Shown: positions 7,758 to 17,077, counted from the stretch's first letter. The stretch: 56,108 bases of DNA from a virus (IMGVR_UViG_3300031565_000040:1-56108); one strand, 5' to 3'. A program made the numbers and translations. Notes: generated from the sequence alone by a model not told the origin.

Positions 7758-8473
7758 GAGAACTGCCAATAATATTCAGTACAGATATGGTCAAGGCTAT
7801 TCTCGATGGCCGAAAGACGGTGACTCGGAGAGTGATTAAACCACAACCAGTATTTGATGGTAAATATTGGTCATGGAAAAAATCAGAAAAGGATTGGTTT
7901 TCTGGTGTGACTTATGAACAACTCATAAGTGATAAAGGACTTTTATATCCCGAAAGAACACCCTACCAAAAAGGCGATTTGCTATGGGTGAGGGAGACAT
8001 GGTGGGACTTGGGACACATGGAGAATGGAAAATGGCAAGGCCGTATCGAAAGCCACACAATCAAGCCCCGCTATGTTGCCAGTTGTCCCGACCCGTTTTC
8101 CGAAGGGATAGGCGGTATAATACAGCCAGTAAATATTCCATGGCGCCAAACCTCTTTTCTTAATAGTACATGGCGAAAAAGACCATCAATCCACATGCCC
8201 AAATGGGCAGCCCGTATATGGCTTGAAGTTCTCGATGTTCGGGTGGAGAGGTTGCAGGAGATAACAGAAAAAGATGCTATTAAGGAAGGAATGTATCAAG
8301 AAGGCTTTGAAATAGAAATTAGTAAGTATGTTGATAATCCAGTGGAACAATTTGCTCAATTATGGGATTCCCTCAATGCCAAGCGCGGCTACGGATGGGA
8401 CGTAAATCCTTGGGTATTGAGATATGAGTTTAATGTAAAGCAGGGAAGCGATGAAAAAGCCGAAGACATCTGA
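7754..8473 (+). CDS. ASCH/PUA-like conserved phage protein
   Basis: PIIFS..MVKAILDGRKTVTRR, GDLLWVRETW, PSIHMPKWAARIWLE, VRVERLQEI, W..NPWV. Confidence 0.85.
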   Translation: MRELPIIFSTDMVKAILDGRKTVTRRVIKPQPVFDGKYWSWKKSEKDWFSGVTYEQLISDKGLLYPERTPYQKGDLLWVRETWWDLGHMENGKWQGRIESHTIKPRYVASCPDPFSEGIGGIIQPVNIPWRQTSFLNSTWRKRPSIHMPKWAARIWLEVLDVRVERLQEITEKDAIKEGMYQEGFEIEISKYVDNPVEQFAQLWDSLNAKRGYGWDVNPWVLRYEFNVKQGSDEKAEDI

Positions 8474-8930
8474 AATAGAAACTTTTGATATTGCAAGAAA
8501 AGCATATCCGAGCGTTAAGCGGGGTCTTAATACCGAGTTTGATTATTTCTGCAAGCACAAAGACTGGAAGCAAGCTCTACCGCTATTAAAACCAGCTATT
8601 GATGAACAAATAGAAAGGCGGAGGCTCGATGCCCAAGCTAATCGCTTTGTCCCCCCGTGGAAACACTTAAAGACTTGGCTATACAACCGATGCTGGGAAG
8701 AGACAGAGGGCGTGACAGAATCACCGGAAGAAAAGGCAGTCAAAGAGAAACAGGAACGGGAAAGAAAGAAACAAAAAGACAGAGATGATTTTCAAAGATA
8801 TTTAGAAAGCAAATCAACTCCCGCATTATTGGATATAAAAAAAGATGGTGGTTACTTACCAGGTCTTTGTGGCTGGCTTATAGATGAAATCCTGCAGAAT
8901 CGGCAGAGAAGGGAATTAGGAGTGAAATAA
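8451..8930 (+). CDS. Putative replication-initiator-related protein (C-terminal domain type)
   Basis: AYP..K and KHLKTWL..RCWEE resemble phage replisome-organiser C-domains. Confidence 0.45.
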   Translation: MKKPKTSEIETFDIARKAYPSVKRGLNTEFDYFCKHKDWKQALPLLKPAIDEQIERRRLDAQANRFVPPWKHLKTWLYNRCWEETEGVTESPEEKAVKEKQERERKKQKDRDDFQRYLESKSTPALLDIKKDGGYLPGLCGWLIDEILQNRQRRELGVK

Positions 8931-8932
8931 GA

Positions 8933-9442
8933 ATGTCAATCGTTTATGTTAAACCTGTTATTGAATTGTCAATGCGACAAATTTGCAAAAAGCCATATTT
9001 CAATCATAAACATGGCTGTCCTAATTATGGCAAAAGGCCAACCTGCCCTCCATTCGCACCTTTGGTATATGATTTTTTTGATATGTCGAAACCTATACTT
9101 GCTGTGTGGGTAGCGTTGGATTTGGAATTACACCGGGAAAAAATAAGAATTAAACATAAAGATTGGAGCAAACGTCAACTCGATTGCTGTTTGTATTGGC
9201 AGGGAACATTACTTAAAAGACTTCGCAGAGATGTAGAATACAATTTACATCGCCACTTATTCAATAATGCCGAACATTTAATCGTTACTTATGTACCAGA
9301 GGCAATGGGTGTTAATGTCACTGCTACTATGATGGAGGTTGGTGTGGTGTTGGAATGGCCACCCGAAAAAACAGTTATAAAAGTTGCTTTTATTGGTGTA
9401 AAGAAAATCAAAAATCGGCAGAGAAAGGAATTAGGAGTATAA
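8933..9442 (+). CDS. DUF2284-like metal-binding protein
   Basis: CPNYG..TCPP and PEAMGVNV..T; flanked by 26-bp repeats at 8898-8923 and 9413-9438. Confidence 0.75.
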   Translation: MSIVYVKPVIELSMRQICKKPYFNHKHGCPNYGKRPTCPPFAPLVYDFFDMSKPILAVWVALDLELHREKIRIKHKDWSKRQLDCCLYWQGTLLKRLRRDVEYNLHRHLFNNAEHLIVTYVPEAMGVNVTATMMEVGVVLEWPPEKTVIKVAFIGVKKIKNRQRKELGV

Positions 9443-9454
9443 AGGAATCCACGG

Positions 9455-9931
9455 ATGGGTAATTTCGGCCACGTTGAAAAAATAACAAGAGAAGTTGGCG
9501 GCAAGATTTGTACTTTCCGCTCTAAGCTTGAGTACAGGTGGTCTGTCTGGTGTCAGCTAAGGAAAGAGCAGGGCATTATTGTGGAGTGGTGGTATGAGGC
9601 ACACGATACCTTGCTTGAACTGGAAACTGCTTATTTCAAGAATCGCAAACTATACTTGCCCGATTTTACTATCAAGATAATAGACGGCTATGAGTTTGAG
9701 GAGACTAAAGGCTATTTCCCGCCGAAGGACTACACCAAAATCAAGTTAGCTGCACAGCAGTACGAAAACCCAATTACCCTGATATTTGCCAGCCTTCCTT
9801 CTAATAGCAAAAACTCAAAGACAAGAAAACAATACGGTAGGGCAAAGCGGTTAGAGCCTTTTCTCAAAAGAGTAATCTATAATGCAAATCGTGATATATT
9901 CAAAAAAATAAAACATTTATTTACTGCATGA
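9455..9931 (+). CDS. PD-(D/E)XK nuclease (T7 endonuclease I / resolvase-like)
   Basis: FRSKLE, YLPDF, EETKGY. Confidence 0.8.
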   Translation: MGNFGHVEKITREVGGKICTFRSKLEYRWSVWCQLRKEQGIIVEWWYEAHDTLLELETAYFKNRKLYLPDFTIKIIDGYEFEETKGYFPPKDYTKIKLAAQQYENPITLIFASLPSNSKNSKTRKQYGRAKRLEPFLKRVIYNANRDIFKKIKHLFTA

Positions 9932-10042
9932 GGCGGTGACTGATGGATGAAGAAGAAATAGAAGACGACTACGAACCGGAGGTTTTTGGCTCTTTTGAGA
10001 AAAGGGCTATGGCAGACCGAATGCGCCGATTAAAAGAACCTA

Positions 10043-11047
10043 TTGTGTCAATTTATCAGGAGATTTCGTGACCGAGAACGAAATAATATGCGGGGATTGG
10101 CGGTGTGGATAATCCCGAACAACTTAGATGTATCAGCCTGTGTACGGGATACGCTGGGCTCGAATTGGGACTCAAACGAGCTTGGCCGAACGTGCGAACG
10201 GTCGCTTATGTGGAGATCGAAGCCTTCGCGGTGGCGAACCTGGTTAGCAAGATGGAAGCGGGTAAGTTGGATGTCGCTCCTGTCTGGACGGATGTTAAAA
10301 CCTTCGATGGCTCGCCATTTCGTAAAAGGGTACACATCGTCACTGCCGGTTATCCTTGCCAACCGTTCAGCGTTGCCGGCAAGAGGAAAGGGACTAAAGA
10401 CTCTCGACACCTTTGGCCGCATATTGCTCGAATCATTGAGGCAGTTAGACCTGTTTGGTTCATCGGAGAGAACGTCCCCGGACACCTTAGCATTGGATTC
10501 CCCGAAGTTTACAGAAACCTACGAAATATGGGTTACTCAGTTGAGGCTGGACTGTTTACGGCGGCAGAGGTCGGCGCTCCCCACAAACGGCAAAGATTGT
10601 TCATCCTATCCTACGCCAGCAATGGTGGACGGGGGCAGTTATTTCAACAAAAGCAAAAGTGCAGGAGCAGCAATACGGCCGACTTTGGGGGCAATGGCAA
10701 AATACAACATCTGGCCGACGCCGAACAGCAACTGCGTAACGGGATCCGGACGGCAAGGACGGGAGGGCGGAATGAATATTCAGACTGCCGCTGGCCTGCC
10801 CGCCCCGGACAGACTCAGTACGAATGGGAAGAGCCGAGAGTTGTTGTGGAAAACTCCAGCAAACGAAGAAGGATTCAACAGAAGACGAGCGAAAAAAGGC
10901 GTGAGGACAGACGGTCTATCGACGCAAGCGGGCAAGGGCAAGCTCAATCCAGCGTGGGTCGAGCAGTTGATGGGACTTCCTGTCGGGTGGACAGAATGCG
11001 ATTACTCGGCAACGGAGTCATCCGACAGCAGGCGGAGAAAGCGATAA
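10043..11047 (+). CDS. Overprinted +1-frame ORF carrying MTase motif-IX-like segment (beta-type polypeptide; true start uncertain)
   Basis: Open for 334 codons; YPTP/WPTP/WKTP repeats and LNPAWVEQLMGLPVGWT. Confidence 0.65.
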   Translation: MCQFIRRFRDRERNNMRGLAVWIIPNNLDVSACVRDTLGSNWDSNELGRTCERSLMWRSKPSRWRTWLARWKRVSWMSLLSGRMLKPSMARHFVKGYTSSLPVILANRSALPARGKGLKTLDTFGRILLESLRQLDLFGSSERTSPDTLALDSPKFTETYEIWVTQLRLDCLRRQRSALPTNGKDCSSYPTPAMVDGGSYFNKSKSAGAAIRPTLGAMAKYNIWPTPNSNCVTGSGRQGREGGMNIQTAAGLPAPDRLSTNGKSRELLWKTPANEEGFNRRRAKKGVRTDGLSTQAGKGKLNPAWVEQLMGLPVGWTECDYSATESSDSRRRKR

Positions 11048-11073
11048 GGATGTTAACAACGTTATTTGAATGA
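10105..11073 (+). CDS. C5 cytosine DNA methyltransferase (alpha-type polypeptide)
   Basis: SLCTGYAG (motif I), AGYPCQPFS (IV), ENVPG (VI), GAPHKRQRLF (VIII), LLGNGV (X). Confidence 0.92.
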   Translation: MDNPEQLRCISLCTGYAGLELGLKRAWPNVRTVAYVEIEAFAVANLVSKMEAGKLDVAPVWTDVKTFDGSPFRKRVHIVTAGYPCQPFSVAGKRKGTKDSRHLWPHIARIIEAVRPVWFIGENVPGHLSIGFPEVYRNLRNMGYSVEAGLFTAAEVGAPHKRQRLFILSYASNGGRGQLFQQKQKCRSSNTADFGGNGKIQHLADAEQQLRNGIRTARTGGRNEYSDCRWPARPGQTQYEWEEPRVVVENSSKRRRIQQKTSEKRREDRRSIDASGQGQAQSSVGRAVDGTSCRVDRMRLLGNGVIRQQAEKAIRMLTTLFE

Positions 11074-11176
11074 TGGCAGCACAAGTGCCGAGAGGCGGAA
11101 AGGAGGTAGCTGAATGAATACATAAATTGGTTCTTGTAAGGAAAAAAGAGAATTTATTTTAAGGGGTAAAGTAAAA

Positions 11177-11647
11177 ATGAATAAGTTAATTGTTATGTTG
11201 GTGCTCATTTGTTTTTGTTACGGTTGTTCAGAGCAAATGGCAGTAACACTACTCAGCAGTCCGAACGAATTCGAGGATGCTACAACTGAGGATGCTATCA
11301 GGGTTGGCACACGGATCGAGCAGACTGAAGTCGGCTTGGCAAGCTATTGGTGGCCGGAAGGAGATTCGGATATAGACCAAACTTACGGAGCTTATATTTT
11401 ACAGTCTCTTACAGACCCAAACGGTTTAGGAATATTGGGAAGGCCATACATCGGCGGCCAGGCAACTTTAGACATCGACAATGACGGTGGTATGTATGCT
11501 TTCATTGCAGGAACGGTCTACGAGATAGGGGGCGTAGAAATCCTCACTGAGTTTTCTTTGCGGTCGTACAGCGAATATCTGAAATTAGCAAATGACTCAG
11601 GCACTGATAGGTACAAAGTTGCTATTGGGACTCGTTTCAGGTTTTGA
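11177..11647 (+). CDS. Exported, possibly lipidated, outer-membrane beta-barrel-like protein
   Basis: Signal peptide with CYG|C lipobox-like site; alternating beta strands; C-terminal GTRFRF. Confidence 0.6.
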   Translation: MNKLIVMLVLICFCYGCSEQMAVTLLSSPNEFEDATTEDAIRVGTRIEQTEVGLASYWWPEGDSDIDQTYGAYILQSLTDPNGLGILGRPYIGGQATLDIDNDGGMYAFIAGTVYEIGGVEILTEFSLRSYSEYLKLANDSGTDRYKVAIGTRFRF

Positions 11648-11701
11648 GGATATGTCGGCGAAGGGCGGTAAAAGCACTGCCGCCCTCGCCGGCATTAGAA
11701 A

Positions 11702-12160
11702 ATGAAGAAGGAATGCACAACATGTAATAAAAGAAAGCCTCTCGGCGAATTCTACAACCAGACAAAAGGAAAATATGGTTTAAGGTCTTCTTGTAAGGAA
11801 TGCGAAAAAGTATATCACAAAATATATTATCGCTCAAAACATCCGCTTCAGCCGAAACAAAAGCATTTTTGGAGGCCGGAAAAAGGCCAACAGTTCGACG
11901 CTTACGGAAGTTTTGACGGTAAAAAAAAGAATGATTCTATATACTCAAAAAAACACCACAAACACCCGGCGTCACCATTTATTTGTATTCATAATGAAAA
12001 TAATTACATCTTAGCCAAAAGCCAAGATGGGAATGAATATGAATTGTATACGAACTTATTTTACTTCACAAAAAGCCCCCCGGCACAACGGCACAGGGGG
12101 CGGGTTGGAAATTACTATTGTTCTATTTCATCGCCGGTGTATATCTTCACGAGCCTTTAA
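11702..12160 (+). CDS. Zn-finger protein (endonuclease-associated CxxC..CxxC type)
   Basis: CTTC..KPLGEFY..CKEC. Confidence 0.6.
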   Translation: MKKECTTCNKRKPLGEFYNQTKGKYGLRSSCKECEKVYHKIYYRSKHPLQPKQKHFWRPEKGQQFDAYGSFDGKKKNDSIYSKKHHKHPASPFICIHNENNYILAKSQDGNEYELYTNLFYFTKSPPAQRHRGRVGNYYCSISSPVYIFTSL

Positions 12161-12325
12161 CCAATCTCGATTAGTCAATGGTTTTGGACAGCACTCAAGA
12201 GGTACACGTTTTGTTATGCCTATTATAATACTTTTTGTTGTGGTCTTATATTTAAGTTGACAACCAAATGTTTCCGAGCATTTGCAACCAAGACAATCTT
12301 TACGTATACGTTTACTTACTTTCAT
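12128..12325 (-). CDS. Cys-rich hypothetical protein
   Basis: ATGA coupling to the upstream minus-strand gene. Confidence 0.55.
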   Translation of the reverse strand: MKVSKRIRKDCLGCKCSETFGCQLKYKTTTKSIIIGITKRVPLECCPKPLTNRDWLKAREDIHRR

Positions 12326-12612
12326 AAAGACCAACAATCTTTGCCGGAAACACTTCTTTCAGGGTCAACGGCTTGCGTAGCTATTTCAGTTTTACTCCAA
12401 CCTTGTTCTTTCGCACAATATCGGCAGATAAGTTCATCTGCTTCTCCACAAAAATAAACATTGACGGCGACATATTTACACATTCTACGTGAACAGCTAT
12501 CACATTTATCAGTTTCTGGGCATTTTCTACAGTCAGCCAAACTTCTCCATCCAGAACAACCTTCATCTGGCATATCAAAATCGGGATTTCCTAAAATATC
12601 TGCTTTTTTCAT
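12322..12612 (-). CDS. Cys-rich hypothetical protein
   Basis: Multiple CxxC; coupled to the recombinase stop. Confidence 0.65.
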   Translation of the reverse strand: MKKADILGNPDFDMPDEGCSGWRSLADCRKCPETDKCDSCSRRMCKYVAVNVYFCGEADELICRYCAKEQGWSKTEIATQAVDPERSVSGKDCWSL

Positions 12613-13175
12613 TGGTAAAGCCCATTAAGTCCATCCTGCATATCCTCAAAGCTGACATCGGCGTACATATTGGCAGTAGTGGCTGGTGAAGCGTGACCTA
12701 ATTGCTTCTGGACTTGTCTTAGATTTCCGGTTTTCTTTAACAGGTGAACGGCTATTGTATGACGTGCTGAATGAATTGATAGCTCTTTCGGTAGGCCGGC
12801 CAGTCGAACCGACTTATACCATATCCTTTGCAGGCCCTGCGCGGTCAGTGGGCCTCTTTCTCCGATGAATAGAGAGCCAGAGTCTCGACTGCCGATAAAA
12901 CTCCTTAAATGGGCGGCAAACTCCACGCTGATAGCCAATATATCATCGCCGTCGCCGTTACGTTTCTTGAGTCGATGGATGTGGATTAAGGAACGGTCAA
13001 AATCTATATCTTCAATCTTAACAGAAGCAATCTCCGAGACCCTCAGACCTGTTAGCAAAGCAAAGTCAACCAGCATCCAAGCCAACACTCCCGTCTTTGT
13101 GGTCCGGGCTTTAGTTACTTCCCGCAGACGGCCTACTTCTTTACTATTCAGGTATTTGGTGCGGTCAATACTCAT
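12609..13175 (-). CDS. Second tyrosine recombinase, catalytic domain only (resolvase/invertase-like)
   Basis: TGLRVSE, LKKR, HSARH, LGHAS..T..Y; 188 aa. Confidence 0.9.
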   Translation of the reverse strand: MSIDRTKYLNSKEVGRLREVTKARTTKTGVLAWMLVDFALLTGLRVSEIASVKIEDIDFDRSLIHIHRLKKRNGDGDDILAISVEFAAHLRSFIGSRDSGSLFIGERGPLTAQGLQRIWYKSVRLAGLPKELSIHSARHTIAVHLLKKTGNLRQVQKQLGHASPATTANMYADVSFEDMQDGLNGLYQ

Positions 13176-13468
13176 GGTTTCTCCGCCAGAGCGATGGCGG
13201 CTTTAATCTTTCTTTTATTTTCCGTTGTGCCACAATAAGCCTTAATAGCTATCTTGCACGCATCCAGCAGGGCATAGTGGCTGTTGCAAGCCTTGACAAT
13301 AAAACAGGCATTGGCATCTATTTGTTTTATAGGAACACCATTATCTTGAGGCAGTCGCATATCACAAATACACTTTGCTTTAGATAAGCCTTCTGTTGCT
13401 TTTATTGCATAACTTCGAGGCCCAGCATCTATTTTCCACGGCCCTGGTGTATGTTTACCTTCCATCAT
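13172..13468 (-). CDS. Conserved phage protein (HTPGPW ... ANA.FIV.ACN family)
   Basis: Motif common in phage early genes. Confidence 0.75.
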   Translation of the reverse strand: MMEGKHTPGPWKIDAGPRSYAIKATEGLSKAKCICDMRLPQDNGVPIKQIDANACFIVKACNSHYALLDACKIAIKAYCGTTENKRKIKAAIALAEKP

Positions 13469-13722
13469 TATTCCCCTTTCTGCGCCAGAACGATGGCGGC
13501 TATCAACATTTGCTTACATTTAGCATCTGTTGGAGATAATTCTAATTCATCATCCCCGTTTTCATCGACTGTGTAATTTATCAATAAAGCAAGCTTAGAC
13601 GCTTCCAGCAAATTAGCCTTATCTGCCGCGTCCTTTGTCACTTCATATCCGCACTTTTGGCAGATAACCATTCCACATTTTTCAATGCAGACTTCGCCAC
13701 ATTTTTTGCAGTAATAATCCAT
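13468..13722 (-). CDS. Zn-ribbon hypothetical protein
   Basis: AAGGGGTTGGAAATG start motif; CKKC..CQKC. Confidence 0.7.
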   Translation of the reverse strand: MDYYCKKCGEVCIEKCGMVICQKCGYEVTKDAADKANLLEASKLALLINYTVDENGDDELELSPTDAKCKQMLIAAIVLAQKGE

Positions 13723-13818
13723 TTCCAACCCCTTTCTGCGTCTTGAGACGCCGTACAAGCCACGATCTCGGTTCGAGGCATAGTTAGTGCCACCAACAAC
13801 TCTTATATATTTGAGCTA

Positions 13819-14037
13819 TTAGATATGGCCAATCAATTTATCAGCCATTCCAAGAGCTGCTGATTTTGTGCCACGATAAGCCTGCTCAGTCGGCTGACTA
13901 TCAATTGCGCCAATTGTGGCGCATAAGTTAATCACCTCTTGTTCTTGTGGTAAAAGCCGACAGTCTTGTTGGGCATCCGAGAATTTGTCGTCCTCGATAA
14001 GTATGATAATTCCCTGTAGTATTTTTGTGGAGTCCAT
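13819..14037 (-). CDS. Hypothetical protein
   Basis: AAGGGTTGGAAAATG start motif. Confidence 0.7.
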   Translation of the reverse strand: MDSTKILQGIIILIEDDKFSDAQQDCRLLPQEQEVINLCATIGAIDSQPTEQAYRGTKSAALGMADKLIGHI

Positions 14038-14119
14038 TTTCCAACCCTTTCATAAAAGTTATAGTTTACATCCTACACGTCGCCGCCTACGCGCACGCAG
14101 AGGGCAGTGGGGAGGATGG

Positions 14120-14290
14120 TTAAGATTCGTCAAAAACAGCATTAAATTCTCCACACTTAGGACAATTAGAGCCATGTAATTCATTTATGCAGGTCGAACA
14201 TAAGACAAATACTTCGCCGCAACTATTACACTGGACGCCTTCGCCTTCAAGTTTATTCAACTGTTTTTTACATTGTGAGCAAGCTTTCAT
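14120..14290 (-). CDS. Zn-finger hypothetical protein
   Basis: AAGGGTTGGAAAATG start motif; four CxxC pairs. Confidence 0.7.
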   Translation of the reverse strand: MKACSQCKKQLNKLEGEGVQCNSCGEVFVLCSTCINELHGSNCPKCGEFNAVFDES

Positions 14291-14424
14291 TTTCCAACCC
14301 TTAAATAGACGCCCGGCCAGTGTTGTCATGGATACAGACCAAAAGAAGGAGTGTAGCCCACCGGCCAGGCATATTGTTGATAATTGAATTGTTTTTATCT
14401 ATATCCATATCCATGACGTCTATT

Positions 14425-14453
14425 ATTAAAGGATAAAATACCCGGAAAGTCAA
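14425..14453 (-). promoter_or_regulatory. Sigma70-type promoter for the inverted island
   Basis: TTGACT-N17-TTTAAT on the minus strand. Confidence 0.55.
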
Positions 14454-14568
14454 GCAAATAATGAGAAATCTTTGAAAGTTTTTGTAAATGTAGCATAAAT
14501 AAAGGCTTATAAGCCTTAAAATTTGAGACGGTGACATATACTTGCTTGAAACTTAAAGCAATTTGTCC

Positions 14569-14596
14569 TTGACTTCCGATGCGTTTGTGATATAAT
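14569..14596 (+). promoter_or_regulatory. Sigma70-type promoter facing the packaging genes
   Basis: TTGACT-N16-TATAAT with extended TG. Confidence 0.6.
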
Positions 14597-14647
14597 ACCG
14601 GTTGATATGATGCAAGGATGCGATAATAATTTGATAGTAGGATTAAC

Positions 14648-14699
14648 CCGGCAAGGGCAGTCTTTACCAAAAAGATCACTGCTCTTCGCCGGTTTTTTT
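14648..14699 (+). terminator. Intrinsic terminator or attenuator hairpin
   Basis: CCGGC.AAGGGCAGT ... ACTGCTCTT.GCCGG followed by a T7 run, about 50 nt after the promoter. Confidence 0.55.
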
Positions 14700-15068
14700 A
14701 TGTATGTTACTTGCCGAGGGTTCGCCGGTAGGCAAGATAATATAAAAGACATAAGTGATTATTTTGGTAAAGGCGGGAGCAATGTCTGAAAGCTTGACAA
14801 CTCCACAACTGGCAGGATGCTCGGACGGTTTTAACCTGCCAGGAGCGCTATCAAAAAAAGGCACAAATGCATATAACCAGCATAGCCTATATGCAATATT
14901 TGTCCGTCCGACCATAAGCAACACCCTCTCCGCTAACGGGAATGGATAGTTTTTTAAGCTAGCGCCAAAATGATTACGAAACTGATAGTTAAGCATTTTC
15001 TTCTGTTTAACAACAGCTAAAAGCCATTGCGCTTCCACCATCCGCACTGGGAATGGATAAGGGGAAAT

Positions 15069-15317
15069 ATGATAGTAACAAAAAAAAGATTAGATAACTT
15101 ATTGGCGCAAGGTATGAGTTTAAAAGGCGCATGGAATTCAGCGCAGATAAAAGCTTTAGTTAAAGATGAAGAGTTTATTGGTGGATTCCCTCGTCCAGGT
15201 TGGAAGATTAGGTTAATTGGTAAGAAAATATCTCAAGCTCAGATTGATGAGTTTTTAAGACTAAAAAATAAACATTTAAGTCAAAAAATGCCCTTATTTG
15301 TAGGAATACAAGCATAA
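15069..15317 (+). CDS. Hypothetical protein
   Basis: AGGGG RBS; GAWNSAQ and PRPGWK motifs. Confidence 0.65.
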   Translation: MIVTKKRLDNLLAQGMSLKGAWNSAQIKALVKDEEFIGGFPRPGWKIRLIGKKISQAQIDEFLRLKNKHLSQKMPLFVGIQA

Positions 15318-15357
15318 GCAAGAAGTGAAAAACCAATAAATTAAGGAGTAACAAGAA

Positions 15358-15723
15358 ATGGCTGAAACAGAAGGAAGAGCAAAGCAAGACATTGGGCAGG
15401 ATGAAGCCTATATTGTCAATCTTAAAAAGGTTGTCGAGCTCGCAGCAGACAGGGATGACCGCAATCGCTTGTGGTTTGACATGATTATATCTCAAGCGGT
15501 TGCCTTGAATAACAACATGACTACTGCGATAAGCGGCATCAATTCGCAGATGTTGGGAATGGTCAAACAATCGAGAGTTCCGGCTGATAAGACGGCAGAA
15601 AATACCATTGGCGTCAATGAGACTGACCACATCGTAGGCCAAATTCTCAATTCTCCCTGGGCTGAAGCGATGAAGACTTTGATGGCTCAAGTAATGACAG
15701 CAGAATCGGATAAAAAGAAGTAA
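15358..15723 (+). CDS. Hypothetical protein
   Basis: Strong TAAGGAG RBS. Confidence 0.8.
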   Translation: MAETEGRAKQDIGQDEAYIVNLKKVVELAADRDDRNRLWFDMIISQAVALNNNMTTAISGINSQMLGMVKQSRVPADKTAENTIGVNETDHIVGQILNSPWAEAMKTLMAQVMTAESDKKK

Positions 15724-15810
15724 CAGCATCCATTCTAAGCCACGATCTCAACATGAGGGGACTATAAAGTCGGCCAGAACAAGAGAATATGGCCGTAATA
15801 GTCTAAATCT

Positions 15811-16293
15811 ATGAAAGAAAAAGAAAATCATCAAGGCGAAGGAGGAGGAAGACCAACAAAGTATCGAGATGAATACTGTGATAGATTAGTAAAGTTCTTC
15901 GACCAAGACATATATGAAGAAATCAAAACAGATAAGCTTAAAAATGGTGTGAAGGTTGGAACTGATGTAAAGAGATTTCCTCGTAAACTACCTACATTAG
16001 TAGGTTTTGCCAAAGAAATAGGCATAGGATACAGTACGCTAAAAGACTGGTGTAATGAGAATCACCCCTCATATCATGGCGAGTTTTCGGCTACAGTCAC
16101 GCGCGTAAAGGATTTACAAAGGGATTTTCTCATCCAAAGTGGCCTTTTAGGGCTATTTAACCCACAAGCATTCAAATTTGTCGCAGTCAACATCACAGAC
16201 ATGGTAGATAAGAGGGACGTAGGCATTGAACCAAGCCAGGAGGCTAAGAAGTTTATGGAGTGGCTTGCCGGCAGATCAGAAGACCAAGATTAA
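15811..16293 (+). CDS. terS: Terminase small subunit
   Basis: GGRPTKY, PTLVGFA..IG....L..W, P22 gp3-like pattern; upstream of TerL. Confidence 0.8.
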   Translation: MKEKENHQGEGGGRPTKYRDEYCDRLVKFFDQDIYEEIKTDKLKNGVKVGTDVKRFPRKLPTLVGFAKEIGIGYSTLKDWCNENHPSYHGEFSATVTRVKDLQRDFLIQSGLLGLFNPQAFKFVAVNITDMVDKRDVGIEPSQEAKKFMEWLAGRSEDQD

Positions 16294-16761
16294 TTACTGG
16301 ACACAGTATAGCAATAAGGCGTACAGTTTGGGCTATTTGAGAGTGAATGGGTGACATCAATGCCCATTATTGGGCCAATAATGAGGATAAGTATAAGCAA
16401 TGGTGATAAAGGTAATAGGGGCTATATTGGCAGTATTATATATTATTGTGGCTACAAGACAGAGCTACTTAGCGGAGGAACGCGACAAACAACGCACTGT
16501 GAGACTATTGAAAGGTGATAATGATGAATAAGCATGCTTTTGTGTCCGGGATGGTCGATGGGGGTAGGGCCGGGTTTTGGTCTTCGGTCTTGTATATATG
16601 AGAAGCCCTCCCCCCACCAGTATATTTTTTTTTCACATAAGAGGCATGATGTTAAGATAGGCAAGCTATTTGAAGGTTAAAAAAGGCGAAAGTATCGGAA
16701 TTTACGGGGGTAGTAATTTTTTGGTATTTTCGGGGTGTTAAGATAGGTAGGTAGTCTCGTA

Positions 16762-17001
16762 ATGGCAAAATCTTTGAGAGTTCATCCGGGCCAGAGATGG
16801 ATTAGGGAGAAACCTGACGGAAAGCATATAATTGTACCATTGTCGCAAGAGCCGGGCCACGAATGGTTATGTGCGCAATTCCAAGTATGCGAGCATGGCG
16901 AAGGTTTCTTGTTAGGCGCTCAAATTATTCCTTATTCAGATGACGAGATTATGAAATATTTTGAGTATCAAGGTGATATATGGCATGAGGTAGCGGAGTA
17001 A
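16762..17001 (+). CDS. Hypothetical protein
   Basis: Starts in the junction motif. Confidence 0.7.
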   Translation: MAKSLRVHPGQRWIREKPDGKHIIVPLSQEPGHEWLCAQFQVCEHGEGFLLGAQIIPYSDDEIMKYFEYQGDIWHEVAE

Positions 17002-17077
17002 TGGCATGGCTTAGAAAGATATATCGTTTATACATGAGGGGCGCGAGAAATAACTATTTTCCGTTGTGGAGACGAAA

